Source: Alphaproteobacteria bacterium (lineage in GTDB: Bacteria > Pseudomonadota > Alphaproteobacteria > UBA11222). Taken from it: a DNA stretch of 64,000 nucleotides. The stretch covers positions 420 through 64,419 of the forward strand of contig SHWM01000002.1 in NCBI GenBank assembly GCA_009693835.1. The letters run 5' to 3'. The notes under the pieces are model-generated. The model worked only from the letters and a program-made list of their open reading frames with translations. It was not told the DNA's origin and made no database searches. Positions 10,437-21,110 of the stretch are shown piece after piece. Every line of letters begins with the position of its first letter. Within the stretch, counting starts at the first letter, position 1. Both the position numbers and the translations under genes were made by a program.

Positions 10437-11458
10437 GCGATTTCAAAACCCTGCTGGGGCATGTCGCCACCGGCGCGCCGCTGACGCTTATGCAGGCGCG
10501 GCAGGCGTTTGAGATCATGATGACGGGCGCGGCCACGCCTTCGCAGATCGGCGGCTTTTTGATGGCGCTACGGGTGCGGGGGGAGACGGCGGATGAAATC
10601 ACCGCAGCCGCCACCGTCATGCGGGAAAAGGCCCTGCGGGTGGAGGCGCCATCCAACGCTATCGACACCTGCGGCACGGGCGGCGACGCGTCAGGCACAT
10701 TCAATATCTCCACCGCCGCCGCTTTCGTGGTGGCGGGATGCGGCATACCCGTGGCCAAGCATGGCAACCGCGCGCTTTCTTCCAAAACCGGATCGGCGGA
10801 AGTTCTTATTGCACTTGGGGTTAACATAGAAACCTCACCTGAAATCGTCAGCCAGTGCATAACAGAAGCGGGTCTCGGTTTCATGATGGCGCCCCGCCAT
10901 CACGGGGCCATGAAACATGTTGGCCCGGCGCGCATGGAACTGGGTACGCGCACCATCTTTAATCTGCTGGGGCCGCTGTCGAACCCGGCGGGGGCCAGGC
11001 GGCAATTGATCGGTGTGTTCGCGCGCGAATGGGTACAGCCGCTGGCGCAGGTGCTCGCCAATCTGGGAACCGAACGCGCCTGGGTGGTGCATGGTTCGGA
11101 CGGGCTGGATGAATTGACCACCACCGGGCCTAGCTATGTGTGCGCTTTGGAAAACGGCGAAATACGGAATTTTGAAATTACGCCCGCCGACGCGGGGCTG
11201 GAACTGGCCCAGCCGGTAGATCTGCTGGGCGGGGATAGCGAGGCCAACGCCAACGCCATCCGCGATCTGCTGGCAGGCGTAAAGGGCCCCTACCGGGATA
11301 TCGTACTATTGAACGCCGCCGCGGCCCTGATCGTGGCGGGTAAGGCTGCCGATCTTAAATCAGGCGTCAAACTGGCCGCGCAATCCATTGATAGGGGCGG
11401 GGCGGCAGGGGTGCTGCAACGGCTAATCGCCATTTCAAACGGCAGAACCGTGTCATGA
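10433..11458 (+). CDS. trpD: anthranilate phosphoribosyltransferase
   Basis: TrpD motifs ([14 protein letters not shown]). ATGA overlap with the trpG stop. Confidence 0.9.
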   Translation: MSDFKTLLGHVATGAPLTLMQARQAFEIMMTGAATPSQIGGFLMALRVRGETADEITAAATVMREKALRVEAPSNAIDTCGTGGDASGTFNISTAAAFVVAGCGIPVAKHGNRALSSKTGSAEVLIALGVNIETSPEIVSQCITEAGLGFMMAPRHHGAMKHVGPARMELGTRTIFNLLGPLSNPAGARRQLIGVFAREWVQPLAQVLANLGTERAWVVHGSDGLDELTTTGPSYVCALENGEIRNFEITPADAGLELAQPVDLLGGDSEANANAIRDLLAGVKGPYRDIVLLNAAAALIVAGKAADLKSGVKLAAQSIDRGGAAGVLQRLIAISNGRTVS

Positions 11459-12252
11459 GTGACATTCTGAGCCGGATCGGCGCGTATAAGCGCGAGGAAA
11501 TAGCGGCGGCAAAACGCGATATGCCATTGGCGCGGCTGGAGCAGGCGGCGCGGGAGGCAGGCGCTGTGCGCGGATTTGCGAAGGCGCTGGCGGCAAGGGC
11601 CGGGCAGGGCGAATATGCCCTGATCGCCGAGATCAAAAAGGCCAGCCCCTCCAAAGGACTGATCCGCGGCGACTTTGATCCGGCAGCACTGGCGCGCGCC
11701 TATCAGGCGGGGGGTGCGGCCTGTCTGTCGGTGCTGACCGACACCCCGTCGTTTCAGGGGGCGCCGGAATTTTTGACACAGGCGCGCAAGGCTGTATCGC
11801 TTCCCGTGCTGCGCAAGGACTTTATGTATGACCCCTATCAGGTGGTGGAGGCGCGGGCCTGGGGGGCGGACTGCATCCTGATCATTCTGGCGGCGGTGAC
11901 GGATGCGCAGGCGGCGGAGCTGGAGCGCGCCGCGAAGGTATGGGGCATGGATGTGCTGCTGGAGGTGCATGACGCGGAAGAGCTGGACCGCGCCCTTAGG
12001 CTTTCGAGCAGGCTGATGGGTATAAACAACCGAAATCTCAAAACTTTCGAGACCAGCCTTGAAACTACAATATCCTTGCAAAAACGGCTGCCCGAAAATT
12101 ATCTGGTGGTGAGCGAAAGCGGCCTGGCGACGCCCGCCGATCTGGCCCGCTGCGCCGCGATCGGCGTTAAGTGTTTTCTGGTAGGCGAAAGCCTGATGCG
12201 GCAGGCGGATGTCGAAGCCGCGACCCGCGCCCTGCTGAAAAAGACGGGCTGA
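11455..12252 (+). CDS. trpC: indole-3-glycerol-phosphate synthase
   Basis: IGPS motifs ([17 protein letters not shown]-like). ATGA overlap with trpD. Confidence 0.9.
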   Translation: MSDILSRIGAYKREEIAAAKRDMPLARLEQAAREAGAVRGFAKALAARAGQGEYALIAEIKKASPSKGLIRGDFDPAALARAYQAGGAACLSVLTDTPSFQGAPEFLTQARKAVSLPVLRKDFMYDPYQVVEARAWGADCILIILAAVTDAQAAELERAAKVWGMDVLLEVHDAEELDRALRLSSRLMGINNRNLKTFETSLETTISLQKRLPENYLVVSESGLATPADLARCAAIGVKCFLVGESLMRQADVEAATRALLKKTG

Positions 12253-12254
12253 GC

Positions 12255-12737
12255 ATGGCGGGCAAAAAACTTACACATTTTGATGACAGGGGCCAGGCGG
12301 CGATGGTCGACGTGTCGGGCAAGGACGAAACCGCGCGGGTGGCGACGGCGATCAGCCATGTCACGATGTTGCCTGCAACACTGAAACTGATCCTGCAGGG
12401 CGGCGTCGGCAAGGGCGATGTGCTGGGCGTGGCGCGGCTGGCGGGCATCATGGGCGCCAAACGCACCTCCGATCTCATTCCGCTCTGTCATCCGCTGGCG
12501 CTCAGCCAGGTGACGGTCGATTTTGAGCCGGAAAAAAAGCATAACCGTATTGTCATCACGGCGACTGCAAAACTGACCGGCCAGACCGGCGTGGAAATGG
12601 AGGCGCTGACGGCGGCCTCGGTGGCGGCGCTGACGATTTATGACATGTGCAAGGCGGTGGATCGCGGCATGGTCATCGGCCCCACCTTTCTGAAACACAA
12701 GTCCGGCGGCAAGTCGGGCGTCTACAACGCGCCGTGA
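12255..12737 (+). CDS. moaC: cyclic pyranopterin monophosphate synthase MoaC
   Basis: MoaC family (SHVTMLP..., [26 protein letters not shown]). Start is the internal ATG 2 nt after the trpC stop. Confidence 0.85.
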   Translation: MAGKKLTHFDDRGQAAMVDVSGKDETARVATAISHVTMLPATLKLILQGGVGKGDVLGVARLAGIMGAKRTSDLIPLCHPLALSQVTVDFEPEKKHNRIVITATAKLTGQTGVEMEALTAASVAALTIYDMCKAVDRGMVIGPTFLKHKSGGKSGVYNAP

Positions 12738-12741
12738 TCGG

Positions 12742-13947
12742 ATGGCGGCGCAACCCCTCATTTCAGTGGAGGAGGCGCTGGCGCGCATTACCGCAGCGCT
12801 GCGCCCGGCGGGTACCGAGATGGTCGGCATTGCACACGCGCATGGCCGGGTGCTGGCGCGGGCCGTGGCGTCGAACCGCACCCAGCCGCCCTTTGCCGTT
12901 TCCGCCATGGATGGCTATGCGGTGCGCGCCCATGATGTGGCGGCGGTTCCGGCAAGGCTGACGGTCATCGGTCAGGCCCCGGCGGGCGCTGCGTTTGCCG
13001 GAATGGTTGGGCCGGGGCAGGCGGTGCGGATATTTACCGGCGGTCCGGTTCCCCACGGCGCAGACACGATCATCATTCAGGAAGACACATCTGTTGCCGG
13101 TGATCAGGTCACGATCAGGGAAAGTGCGGCGGCGGGCAGGCACATCAGGCCCGAGGGGCTGGATTTCCGCGCAGGCGATGTGATGCTGACGCCGGGACGG
13201 CGGCTTGGGGCGCGCGATGTGGCGCTGGCGGCGGCGATGAATGTGCCCTGGCTGAAGGTCGCGCGCAGGCCGCGCATTGCGCTGCTGGCGACGGGCGATG
13301 AGCTGGTGCGCCCGGGCGAACCCATCGGCCCGCATCAGATTGTCAGCTCCAATGCGCTGGGGCTTGCCGCGATGATCGCGGCCTGCGGGGGCGAGGCCAT
13401 TGATCTGGGCATCGCCGCCGATGACCGCGAAGAACTGCGCGCCATGGCGCTGGGCGCACGCGGCGCAGACATGCTGATCACGCTGGGCGGCGCCTCGGTA
13501 GGCGATCATGATCTGGTGCAGAGCGTGCTGGGGGAGGCTGGCCTGAAAGTGGATTTCTGGAGAATCGCCATGCGACCGGGCAAGCCGCTGATCTTCGGGC
13601 AGATGGGGGGCACGCCGATGCTGGGCCTGCCGGGCAATCCGGTGTCCTCGATGGTGTGCGGCCTGCTGTTTGTGCGCCCCGCGATTGCGGAGCTGCTGGG
13701 CGAAACTGGCGGCGGTAATTATACTGGAACGGCCATTCTGGGCGCGGATATGGGGCCCAACGACAACCGGCAGGATTATGTGCGCGCGAGCCTCAGCGCG
13801 GACGGCGTGGCCACGCCGTTTACCGTGCAGGATAGCGCGATGCTTTCCAGTCTTGCAAAGGCCGGATGCCTGATCATCCGCCCGCCTTTCGCCCCCGCCG
13901 CCAGGGCAGGTGACGTGGTGCCGGTGTTGCTGCTGGAGGGGGATTAA
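12742..13947 (+). CDS. moeA: molybdopterin molybdotransferase MoeA
   Basis: MoeA N, linker and MoCF-biosynthesis domains (GGVSVGDHD). Confidence 0.85.
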   Translation: MAAQPLISVEEALARITAALRPAGTEMVGIAHAHGRVLARAVASNRTQPPFAVSAMDGYAVRAHDVAAVPARLTVIGQAPAGAAFAGMVGPGQAVRIFTGGPVPHGADTIIIQEDTSVAGDQVTIRESAAAGRHIRPEGLDFRAGDVMLTPGRRLGARDVALAAAMNVPWLKVARRPRIALLATGDELVRPGEPIGPHQIVSSNALGLAAMIAACGGEAIDLGIAADDREELRAMALGARGADMLITLGGASVGDHDLVQSVLGEAGLKVDFWRIAMRPGKPLIFGQMGGTPMLGLPGNPVSSMVCGLLFVRPAIAELLGETGGGNYTGTAILGADMGPNDNRQDYVRASLSADGVATPFTVQDSAMLSSLAKAGCLIIRPPFAPAARAGDVVPVLLLEGD

Positions 13948-13957
13948 AAGTAATATT

Positions 13958-14917
13958 ATGCGTATTTCCGATCTTCCCAAACCTGTAACGGCATCCAAGG
14001 CGGACTGGTTAGCCGGAACCAATTGGCTTGGTTTCACTCCTGTAGATGGAAGCGCGTCAGCGCGGGCGAAATGCCAATCAACGATCAATCGTCAATTTGG
14101 CAATGGATACGTAATAGAATACATCACGGAAAGTTTTAGCGCACCCAACCCCGGTTTCGAAAACGATCCTCAAATGCTTGAGGAACGAAAGAATCATGCC
14201 GAGCTTGCGGGACGATTTATTGCCGTTCATCGGCTGCTCAACAGCCCCCGTCCGTTACATGAGATCATAGGAGGAGAAGAGTTTTCCTGTTTACAGGATC
14301 AGTGGGCAAAGCCAGGCAAACGCCACCGATGGTCCGTTGCCTTTCCGATTACCGAAAGCTATCTCGTGAAGGGAAGGCCAAAAGCTAAGGAAATTCTTGG
14401 GGAAGAATCTTACGGGCGGTTGTATGGCCATCCTTCGGCGACTCTTCGCCCTCTCAGCAACGACGACCGGGCTCCTATCGCTCAATTAGAACTGGAAAAG
14501 CTTCCTGCACCAAATGCGTGGATCGGGATCGAAGATGATTTCGAGAAGGCCGAGCGAAGCGAAATCGATCCTCGAACACGCAAACTCATAGACCATGATC
14601 TTCCCGCGTTTGCTATCGAAGGAATGACTGCAGAACGATGGGGAAAGGTGCGGCTCCGCGCAAGTTGGCTTGCTGACACTTTCATCAGGCAACGGCATAA
14701 GGCTGGAACACTTAATTGTGACGATTGCGAATTTGACCCGGCCCGCCGCAGTGATCTGCAAGGGATAGGGCCAAGATCGTTACTAGACCTCCACCACAAA
14801 GCCCCTCTGGAGGAAGGAGTCCGTGGGACGACTACCGCTGATTTTGCCTTACTTTGTCCAACCTGCCATCGAATAACACATGCGCGCTTGAGGTTAAACG
14901 TGGCTGGATCTGCTTAA
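13958..14917 (+). CDS. HNH endonuclease domain protein with an uncharacterised ~250-aa N-terminal domain
   Basis: C-terminal CDDCEF...LDLHHKAPLEEG...ADFALLCPTCHRITHA fits CxxC...HH...LCxxCH..H (His-Me finger). Low-GC segment. Start is ATG at 13958 (MRISDLPKP); the track start at 13910 is a GTG inside the moeA tail. Confidence 0.6.
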   Translation: MRISDLPKPVTASKADWLAGTNWLGFTPVDGSASARAKCQSTINRQFGNGYVIEYITESFSAPNPGFENDPQMLEERKNHAELAGRFIAVHRLLNSPRPLHEIIGGEEFSCLQDQWAKPGKRHRWSVAFPITESYLVKGRPKAKEILGEESYGRLYGHPSATLRPLSNDDRAPIAQLELEKLPAPNAWIGIEDDFEKAERSEIDPRTRKLIDHDLPAFAIEGMTAERWGKVRLRASWLADTFIRQRHKAGTLNCDDCEFDPARRSDLQGIGPRSLLDLHHKAPLEEGVRGTTTADFALLCPTCHRITHARLRLNVAGSA

Positions 14918-15006
14918 GCACTTATTCCGCAATTTATTTAATCCCCCTAGCCATCCGCCCTTTCCCCGCCTAAGCTAGCCCCAAATTAAATTCGGGGGAG
15001 GCGGTC

Positions 15007-16272
15007 ATGGCGGCAAGCGGCGACATCAATGCGGACAGCGAAAAATTTCTGCGCGGCAAATACGCCATCGTGGGTGTAGGTGAAACCGCTTACGTGCGCG
15101 GCTCCGGCCGTACCACCCGCTCGATGGGCACCGAGGCGGTGCGCAAGGCGATCGAGGATGCGGGGCTAAAGCCGTCGGACGTCGATGGCATGCTGTCCTA
15201 CAGCTATAATGATTCCACCTTCTCGCCCACCATTGCGGGCGATCTGGGCATCCGCCCGAATTTCTACATGGACGTATATGGCGGCGGGTCCAGCACCGAG
15301 GCGCTGATCGGCATCGCCATGGGCGTGATCGAGGCCGGCATGTGCAGGACCGTGGTGATTTTCCGCGCCATGAATGGTTTTTCAGAAATACGCATCGGCG
15401 GCACCGGCGGGCGCGGCGCGGTCGCCCCGGTGGGCGGCGACGGCTTGTTCACGCGCTCCTATGGGCTGAGCAGTGCGGGGCAGATGTTCTGCCAGAGTTT
15501 TATGCGGCACATGTATGATTATGGCACGACGCCCGAACAGGTGGCGATGGTGAAGGTGATCCATTCCGAACACGCGTCCAGCAACCCCAAGGCGTTTTAC
15601 AAAAAGCGCATGACGGTGGAGGATGTGATCAACAGCCGCATGATCGTCAAGCCGCTGCATCTGCTGGACTGCTGCGTCGAAACCGACAATGGCACCGCGA
15701 TTGTCATTACCCGCATCGACCGGGCGCGCGATTGCCGCCATGCGCCGGCCGTCATTCAGTCCGTCGTCGGACGATGCTGCAAGCCGCGCCCCGACATGCA
15801 TTATCAGGCCGGGCCGATTTCCACCGTGGCCGGGCATTACGCCAAGGATATTCTGTGGCCCAATGCCGGGCTCGGGCCGGAGGATGTCGATGTGACGGGT
15901 TCCTATGACGCCTTCACCTTCACCACCATGTTGCAGCTGGAAGATTATGGCTTCTGCAAAAAGGGCGATGGCGGCGTCTATGTATCGGATGGGACCATGC
16001 GGCTGGGCGGTCGGCGGCCCAACAACACCAGCGGCGGGCATCTGTGCGAGGGCTATACGCATGGCGTCAATATGGTGATCGAGAATGTGCGGCAATTGCG
16101 CCACGATATAGACGATAGCTGCCCGATGGGCGCGAACGGCAAACGCCAGCACAGCTATGATTACCGAGAGGGCGGCTGCCGCCAGGTGAAGAAGGTGGAG
16201 GTTACCGCCAATCTGGGCTGGGCCATGCCGGGCACCGGATCGGCCATGGTGATGGCCCAGGACAACAGATAG
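15007..16272 (+). CDS. thiolase-like protein (SCP-x/lipid-transfer-type thiolase family)
   Basis: Thiolase fold signatures (KYAIVGVGET, GGHLCEGYTHG). It is paired with a downstream DUF35 gene, as in ketoacyl-CoA side-chain cleaving systems. Confidence 0.65.
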   Translation: MAASGDINADSEKFLRGKYAIVGVGETAYVRGSGRTTRSMGTEAVRKAIEDAGLKPSDVDGMLSYSYNDSTFSPTIAGDLGIRPNFYMDVYGGGSSTEALIGIAMGVIEAGMCRTVVIFRAMNGFSEIRIGGTGGRGAVAPVGGDGLFTRSYGLSSAGQMFCQSFMRHMYDYGTTPEQVAMVKVIHSEHASSNPKAFYKKRMTVEDVINSRMIVKPLHLLDCCVETDNGTAIVITRIDRARDCRHAPAVIQSVVGRCCKPRPDMHYQAGPISTVAGHYAKDILWPNAGLGPEDVDVTGSYDAFTFTTMLQLEDYGFCKKGDGGVYVSDGTMRLGGRRPNNTSGGHLCEGYTHGVNMVIENVRQLRHDIDDSCPMGANGKRQHSYDYREGGCRQVKKVEVTANLGWAMPGTGSAMVMAQDNR

Positions 16273-16289
16273 GACGGGGGAGAATTATC

Positions 16290-16811
16290 ATGACGGTCAG
16301 AGGCGAATATCTGGGCATGCCGCTGGTGATCAACGATCTGCAGCATGAATATCGTGAATTTTTTGGCTATTGCGCGAAGCACGATTTGCATCTGCAAAAT
16401 TGCGACGATTGCAAGCTGTTCCGTTACCCACCCACCACCGCGTGCCCGTTCTGCGCCAGCCCGAAGGCGACCTGGAAGCCGGTGGAAGGCAAGGGGACTC
16501 TCTATTCGTATGGCGAGGTGCATCACGCTATTCAGCCGGTGTTCCGTCAGTACTCCCCCTATATGCTGCTGCTGGTGGAGCTGGATACGCAAAAGGGTAA
16601 GCCGGGGGAATATGACGGGCTGCGCTTTACCGGAAATCTCGCGAAGCCGGATGGCGATCTGGCGCCGCCCGAACTGGTCCGCAGCGTGGGCATCGGCACG
16701 CGGCTGCGCATCGTCTACAAGGATGCGGGCGATGGCATTTCCATGCCGCTGTGGACGATTGACGAAACCGCCACACAGCCGGCAAAGCCCTGGCGTTATG
16801 CGATTGAGTAG
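16290..16811 (+). CDS. DUF35 OB-fold / Zn-ribbon protein (thiolase partner)
   Basis: CxxC...CPFC zinc ribbon followed by an OB-fold segment, immediately after the thiolase-like gene. Confidence 0.6.
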   Translation: MTVRGEYLGMPLVINDLQHEYREFFGYCAKHDLHLQNCDDCKLFRYPPTTACPFCASPKATWKPVEGKGTLYSYGEVHHAIQPVFRQYSPYMLLLVELDTQKGKPGEYDGLRFTGNLAKPDGDLAPPELVRSVGIGTRLRIVYKDAGDGISMPLWTIDETATQPAKPWRYAIE

Positions 16812-16950
16812 GGGGCTAGATGTCCCCGCCACTCATTAGCCACCGCGCACATTCCTCGCCCAGTTTCTGGCGCGCCAGGTTTTTGTGAGACTTACCGACG
16901 GCACCGGGCGCGGGCATCGGTTGAGGCATAAAAAATCACGCCGGACAAAA

Positions 16951-16982
16951 AAGGGGAGGCCCTAAAGGCCTCCCTTCAATGT
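16951..16982. terminator. rho-independent terminator serving the minus-strand flagellin gene (bidirectional hairpin)
   Basis: aaaaaaggggaggcc-ctaaa-ggcctcccc. On the minus strand the hairpin is followed by cctttttt. Confidence 0.65.
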
Positions 16983-17061
16983 TCCCCAACATTTTTACGG
17001 GTTTTATTCCCGCGGCTTTATTTCAATATCTTTTCACGGTGTCGGGCCCGTAGCGGCAATC

Positions 17062-17903
17062 CTAACTATTCTGGAAAAGGGAAAGAATTATCTGCGGGCG
17101 GCTGTTGGCGATCTGCAGGGATTGCGTACTCAGCTGTTGCTGGATCAGTACTGATTTCAGGCGCGCGCTTTCTGCGGTGAGATCAGCATCCACCAGGAAC
17201 CCAATCCCAATTGTGAGCGCATCCTGAAGCTTTTTTTCAAAGCCGGAATGCGACTCCAGACGCGTAGAACTGCTGCCCATGGTAGCGAGGGCGGTGCTGA
17301 CGAATTGCAGCATGCCATCCAGTGCAGTTATTTCGGTGTTGGCGTTGGCGACGGAGTTAATGTTGGCCATAAGAGCCGTGGTTGACGCCTTGGCGTCAAT
17401 TGCGGCCACGATGATGGAGGAAGCCACGCTGGCGGTGGGTTCCGCAATTATGGATAAATCATCATTGGCCGGCATAACGGGGCTTTTGTTGATCAGATTA
17501 GTATTGTCGTAAGTGGCCGAGTTAAGAACCGTTGTTACCTGGGCACATAGGCCAGATAATCGGCATCAATCAGCTGCCGGTTCTGCGGAGTTATTGCAGG
17601 GTTGGCAGCCTCGATCGCCTTCACTCTCATCTCGATCAGCAGGTTTGATATTGTTTCGAGTGATTTGATGGTCACATCAAGAACATTCAGGCCACGCTGG
17701 GCGCTCTGGCTAATGGCGTCATAGGCGTCATGATCGGCGCGCTGGTTCTGCGCGACCGCGTAGGTGCTGGGATCATCCTTTGAATTTGCGACCTTGTAGC
17801 CTGTGGATACCCTGCTTTGGGTGATATCCAGTTCGCGGTTGCTCACATTTAGTTGCTGTAGTGCAATAAGTGCGGAGGAATTTGTATTGAGCGATATGGC
17901 CAT
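17062..17903 (-). pseudogene. flagellin (Caulobacter FljK-like), disrupted by a frameshift near 17540-17550
   Basis: N-terminal ORF 17535..17903 (MAISLNTNSSALIALQQLN..., ends ...DADYLAYVPR*). C-terminal ORF 17062..17475 (...LQIANSRPQIILSLFQ). The C-part frame reads on upstream as ...AQVTTVLNSATYDNTNLINKSPV-MPAND..., which is the conserved flagellin ATxFNGTNLL segment, so the two halves are offset by one nucleotide. Confidence 0.7.
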
Positions 17904-17962
17904 CGGCTTCTCCTGATTTTCGCGCCGCCATGTTCCCGGCGCCGGTTATATTGAGGAGAGAA

Positions 17963-17977
17963 GCAACTAGTGTGCCA
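17963..17977 (-). promoter_or_regulatory. sigma-54 (-24/-12) promoter for the minus-strand flagellin gene
   Basis: Plus strand reads GCAA-ctagt-GTGCCA, which is TGGCAC-N5-TTGC on the minus strand, about 60-75 nt upstream of the ATG at 17903. Confidence 0.6.
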
Positions 17978-18128
17978 ACCGCATGATATATATAACCATA
18001 TGAAATAATTAGCATATTGTCTTATTATTGTGAGAAAGTGCGGCATAATTTTCCAGAAGGGGAAAAAAACGCTGCCCGCCGGGCTGGACAGGTATGGCTA
18101 CGGCGGCAGGCTTTGCAGACTGGAAAGT

Positions 18129-18467
18129 CTAGACGCCTTCATCCACCGTCAGGCCGGTAATTTCCCGGACCCGGGCAATCTGGGACAGCATCTCCTCGGT
18201 TGGATATTGCATCAGGACATCGCCAGTCTGGGGGTCGATGGATCTGAAGACGTAACGGCCGGTGGCGTCATCACGCTGAATGGATAGGCGCGTACTTTTA
18301 TCTAATGGATTTTCTGCACCCTTTTGAGACGAGGATTCCTGGTCGGAAGATTGGCTTTTGAGCGCTGGAACAGGCGGGACACCCTCCACACCCTGAACCT
18401 CGTTCGGCTGTTTTGCGTTGATTACCCTCACACCAATCCGATTTCCTGATACAGATAGATCGCTCAT
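18129..18467 (-). CDS. flaG: FlaG family flagellar protein
   Basis: C-terminal RYVFRSIDPQTGDVLMQYPTEEMLSQIARVREITG matches the FlaG family signature. The internal ATG at 18467 has a GAGGA RBS; the track start at 18500 is GTG. Confidence 0.55.
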   Translation of the reverse strand: MSDLSVSGNRIGVRVINAKQPNEVQGVEGVPPVPALKSQSSDQESSSQKGAENPLDKSTRLSIQRDDATGRYVFRSIDPQTGDVLMQYPTEEMLSQIARVREITGLTVDEGV

Positions 18468-18578
18468 CTCTGTCCTCGCCGCCTTTTGGCCTTCATCCAC
18501 TTATGGCCAACTGGTTTTATCACATCTACCAGTAATATAGGCTGCAGATATTAAAATAGCCTTAATTTCCACAGAAAA

Positions 18579-20561
18579 TTAATTATGGTTAATGGGCTGC
18601 ACAGAGAAGGGTTTTGGATGTTCGCCCGACTGGTGCAAACGCCACATCTCCACATAGGCAGCATCCAGATGATTTGTATAGCGGCTGCTATTGAACAGCG
18701 GGGCCGTTTCGCGTTTGCTCGCGGCTTTTTCTGCGAGCTGCCGATAGAGTTCTGGCCGGGCCGCAATCGCTACCGCCAGTTCCTCATATTCATGGATATT
18801 TTGCGCAATCAGTTCCGGCATCTCGAAGGCGCGCAGGATGCTGGCGGCGCCGCGCGCCACAAAGGTGTTGCCGGGGCAGGTGATGATGGGGATGCCCATA
18901 TGCAGCGCGTCGCTTGCCGTCGTCAACGCGTTCACAACCAGAGTGTCGAGGAAGAGATCGGCATTGCGGTGGCGCGCCAGATGTTTCGCCTGCGAAACTT
19001 TCGGGGCGAAAACCAGGCGGCCGGGGTCCACGCCACGCGCCGCCGCCTCGCGGCGCAAATTGGCGGCCGTTTCCTCATCGGGCTTCAACAGCCACAGAAC
19101 ACTGCCGGGCGTACGCAGTAATATGTGCATCCAAATGTCAAACACACCTGGTGTAATCTTGTAGGTCTGATTGAAACAGCAGAAGACGAATGCATTTTCC
19201 GTCAGACCGCATTCCGCGCGCGGCGGGGTGACAGTAGATACGGGTCTGAAACTGTTCGGCTGATAGGTGTCCGGCAGATAGACCAGACGTTCAGTGTAGA
19301 ATTTCTGCTGATCAGGCGGCACGACAAATTCGTCGACCACGGCGTAGTCAATAAAATCCACGCCCATGGTTCCGCCAAAGGCCAGATAATTGACCTGGAG
19401 CGGCGCCGGACGGCGCGCCAGAATTCCAAGCCTGTGCCCAAACGTATAGCCTTTGCGGTTAATGAGAATGTCTATCTCGTCCTCTTGAATAACTTGTGCG
19501 GTCTGCTGATCCGTGAGGTCCTGCACTTCTATAAAATGATTGCACACATCCCTGAACCTTTGGCGTTCAGGGCTATCATCAGGCGGCCCAAACGAGTAGG
19601 CGGATATTTCAAATTTACTACGGTCATGCTTTTCCAGAATTTCTGTCATCAGATAAGCCATGGGATGGCTGCGGAAATCCATGGACAGATAGCCTACACG
19701 GATGCGTTCATGGGTATGCTTCGCCCGGGTGAATCCAGGCGGATGACCGTTAACCTTCATGGACGCCGAAATGACCTCGGCGTTGCCCTGCGCGCAGGCC
19801 AGTTGCGCTGCATTGTCCGGCGCCGAGGGAAACCCCTGGAAAGAAAATGGATCCAGGGGCAGTTTGTGATCGATGACGTGTTTGACCAGATCCTCCGAGA
19901 GTTTTTCGATATTCTCCCAGTCACACAGATACATTTTATTGGTCAGCAAATAACATTGCGACATGGGCTTGTGCGGCCCCGATGCAATGGCCTTTTCCAG
20001 ATTTTGCATGGCTTCGGTGCGGCGGCCGAGCAGCATGAGCACCAGCGAAATATTGTGCAGCATATCGGCGTCATCGGGCGCCAGCGCCAGCCCCGCGGAA
20101 TAGACCGCGTGGGCCTGATCTATGCGGTACATTCTGAACAGAACCTGGCCCAGGCAGTCATAGGCGCGCACATAGGATGGATCCATGTTGATGACCTGCT
20201 GCAGCATCTGTGCGGCAGGGCTGTATTCGCGCATTTCCAGCAAAATGTTTCCGCAGTGGAAATAGGCATCTGCGTAATCATTTTTTAACTCTGCCGCCTT
20301 GCGGTGCGCATCGAGCGCGTCCCTGAGCGAGCCATTGTCATGCAGCGCCACGCCCAAGGCGTTATGCGCCTGCGCCAGAGCGGGATAATATGCGATGGCC
20401 GCCCGGTAATGGCTGATCGCGGCCTCTAATTCGCCGTTTTCGTGGCTTGCCAGCCCCGCCTTCATGGACTCGATGGCCTGCTGCACCTTGACGGGGTCAC
20501 TTCGTATGTGGGCGCGCCGGCCGCGTTCAATCTGGCGGCTAACTTTCCGTTTCAGGTTCAT
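18579..20561 (-). CDS. TPR-repeat glycosyltransferase (SPINDLY/GT41-like), candidate flagellin glycosyltransferase FlmG-like
   Basis: N-terminal TPR repeats (AIAYYPALAQAHNALG..., YFHCGNILLEM...) and a C-terminal GT-B-like domain, 660 aa. It lies between flaG and the flbT-flaF operon. Confidence 0.55.
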   Translation of the reverse strand: MNLKRKVSRQIERGRRAHIRSDPVKVQQAIESMKAGLASHENGELEAAISHYRAAIAYYPALAQAHNALGVALHDNGSLRDALDAHRKAAELKNDYADAYFHCGNILLEMREYSPAAQMLQQVINMDPSYVRAYDCLGQVLFRMYRIDQAHAVYSAGLALAPDDADMLHNISLVLMLLGRRTEAMQNLEKAIASGPHKPMSQCYLLTNKMYLCDWENIEKLSEDLVKHVIDHKLPLDPFSFQGFPSAPDNAAQLACAQGNAEVISASMKVNGHPPGFTRAKHTHERIRVGYLSMDFRSHPMAYLMTEILEKHDRSKFEISAYSFGPPDDSPERQRFRDVCNHFIEVQDLTDQQTAQVIQEDEIDILINRKGYTFGHRLGILARRPAPLQVNYLAFGGTMGVDFIDYAVVDEFVVPPDQQKFYTERLVYLPDTYQPNSFRPVSTVTPPRAECGLTENAFVFCCFNQTYKITPGVFDIWMHILLRTPGSVLWLLKPDEETAANLRREAAARGVDPGRLVFAPKVSQAKHLARHRNADLFLDTLVVNALTTASDALHMGIPIITCPGNTFVARGAASILRAFEMPELIAQNIHEYEELAVAIAARPELYRQLAEKAASKRETAPLFNSSRYTNHLDAAYVEMWRLHQSGEHPKPFSVQPINHN

Positions 20562-20693
20562 GATGTCATGATGGCCTGGAACCGGTTAATAAATCGGATA
20601 ATCCGGTGTTTTTCCTCACATGAAGCAATTTATTAACTTCGAGGGCTTAAGTTTGGCGATGCCAGCCCTGCATTGTCCGACCGGAGTTGATAC

Positions 20694-21110
20694 ATGCCCC
20701 TTAAGCTTTCGTTAAAACCCGGCGAGAAGTTCGCGGTTAATGGCGCGGTAATTGTCAATGGCGAACGCCGGGGAACCCTGGTTGTACAGAACCATGCGTC
20801 CATATTGCGTGAACGCGACATCATGCAGCCCTATGACGTCACCACCCCGGCAAAGCACATCTATTTCCCGATCATGATGATGTATCTGGATGAGGCGGGG
20901 CAGGAAAATTATTACAGGGATTTTTCGTTGCGGATGGCGGAATTCATGGAGGCGGTCAGCCGTCCGGAAGTCCTGCTGCTCTGCGTCGAGATTAGCAAGG
21001 AAGTGGTCAGCCATCGTTATTATGCAGCGCTTCGCCTGTGCGCCCGTTTATTAGAGTTTGAGCAGGAGATTTTGGGTAATGAGCCTAAACGCCTATCAGC
21101 GCACGCTTAA
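20694..21110 (+). CDS. flbT: flagellar biosynthesis repressor FlbT
   Basis: MPLKLSLKPGEKFAVNGAVIVNGERR... is a typical FlbT N-terminus; 138 aa. Confidence 0.7.
   Translation: MPLKLSLKPGEKFAVNGAVIVNGERRGTLVVQNHASILRERDIMQPYDVTTPAKHIYFPIMMMYLDEAGQENYYRDFSLRMAEFMEAVSRPEVLLLCVEISKEVVSHRYYAALRLCARLLEFEQEILGNEPKRLSAHA

Noticed and set aside
20562-20693. CtrA box (TTAA-N7-TTAAC) in the divergent flmG-like/flbT promoter region
   Set aside because: Several TTAA half-sites are present (ttaataaatcggataat, ttaacttcgagggcttaa), but none has the N7 spacing with a second TTAAC half, so no call was made.
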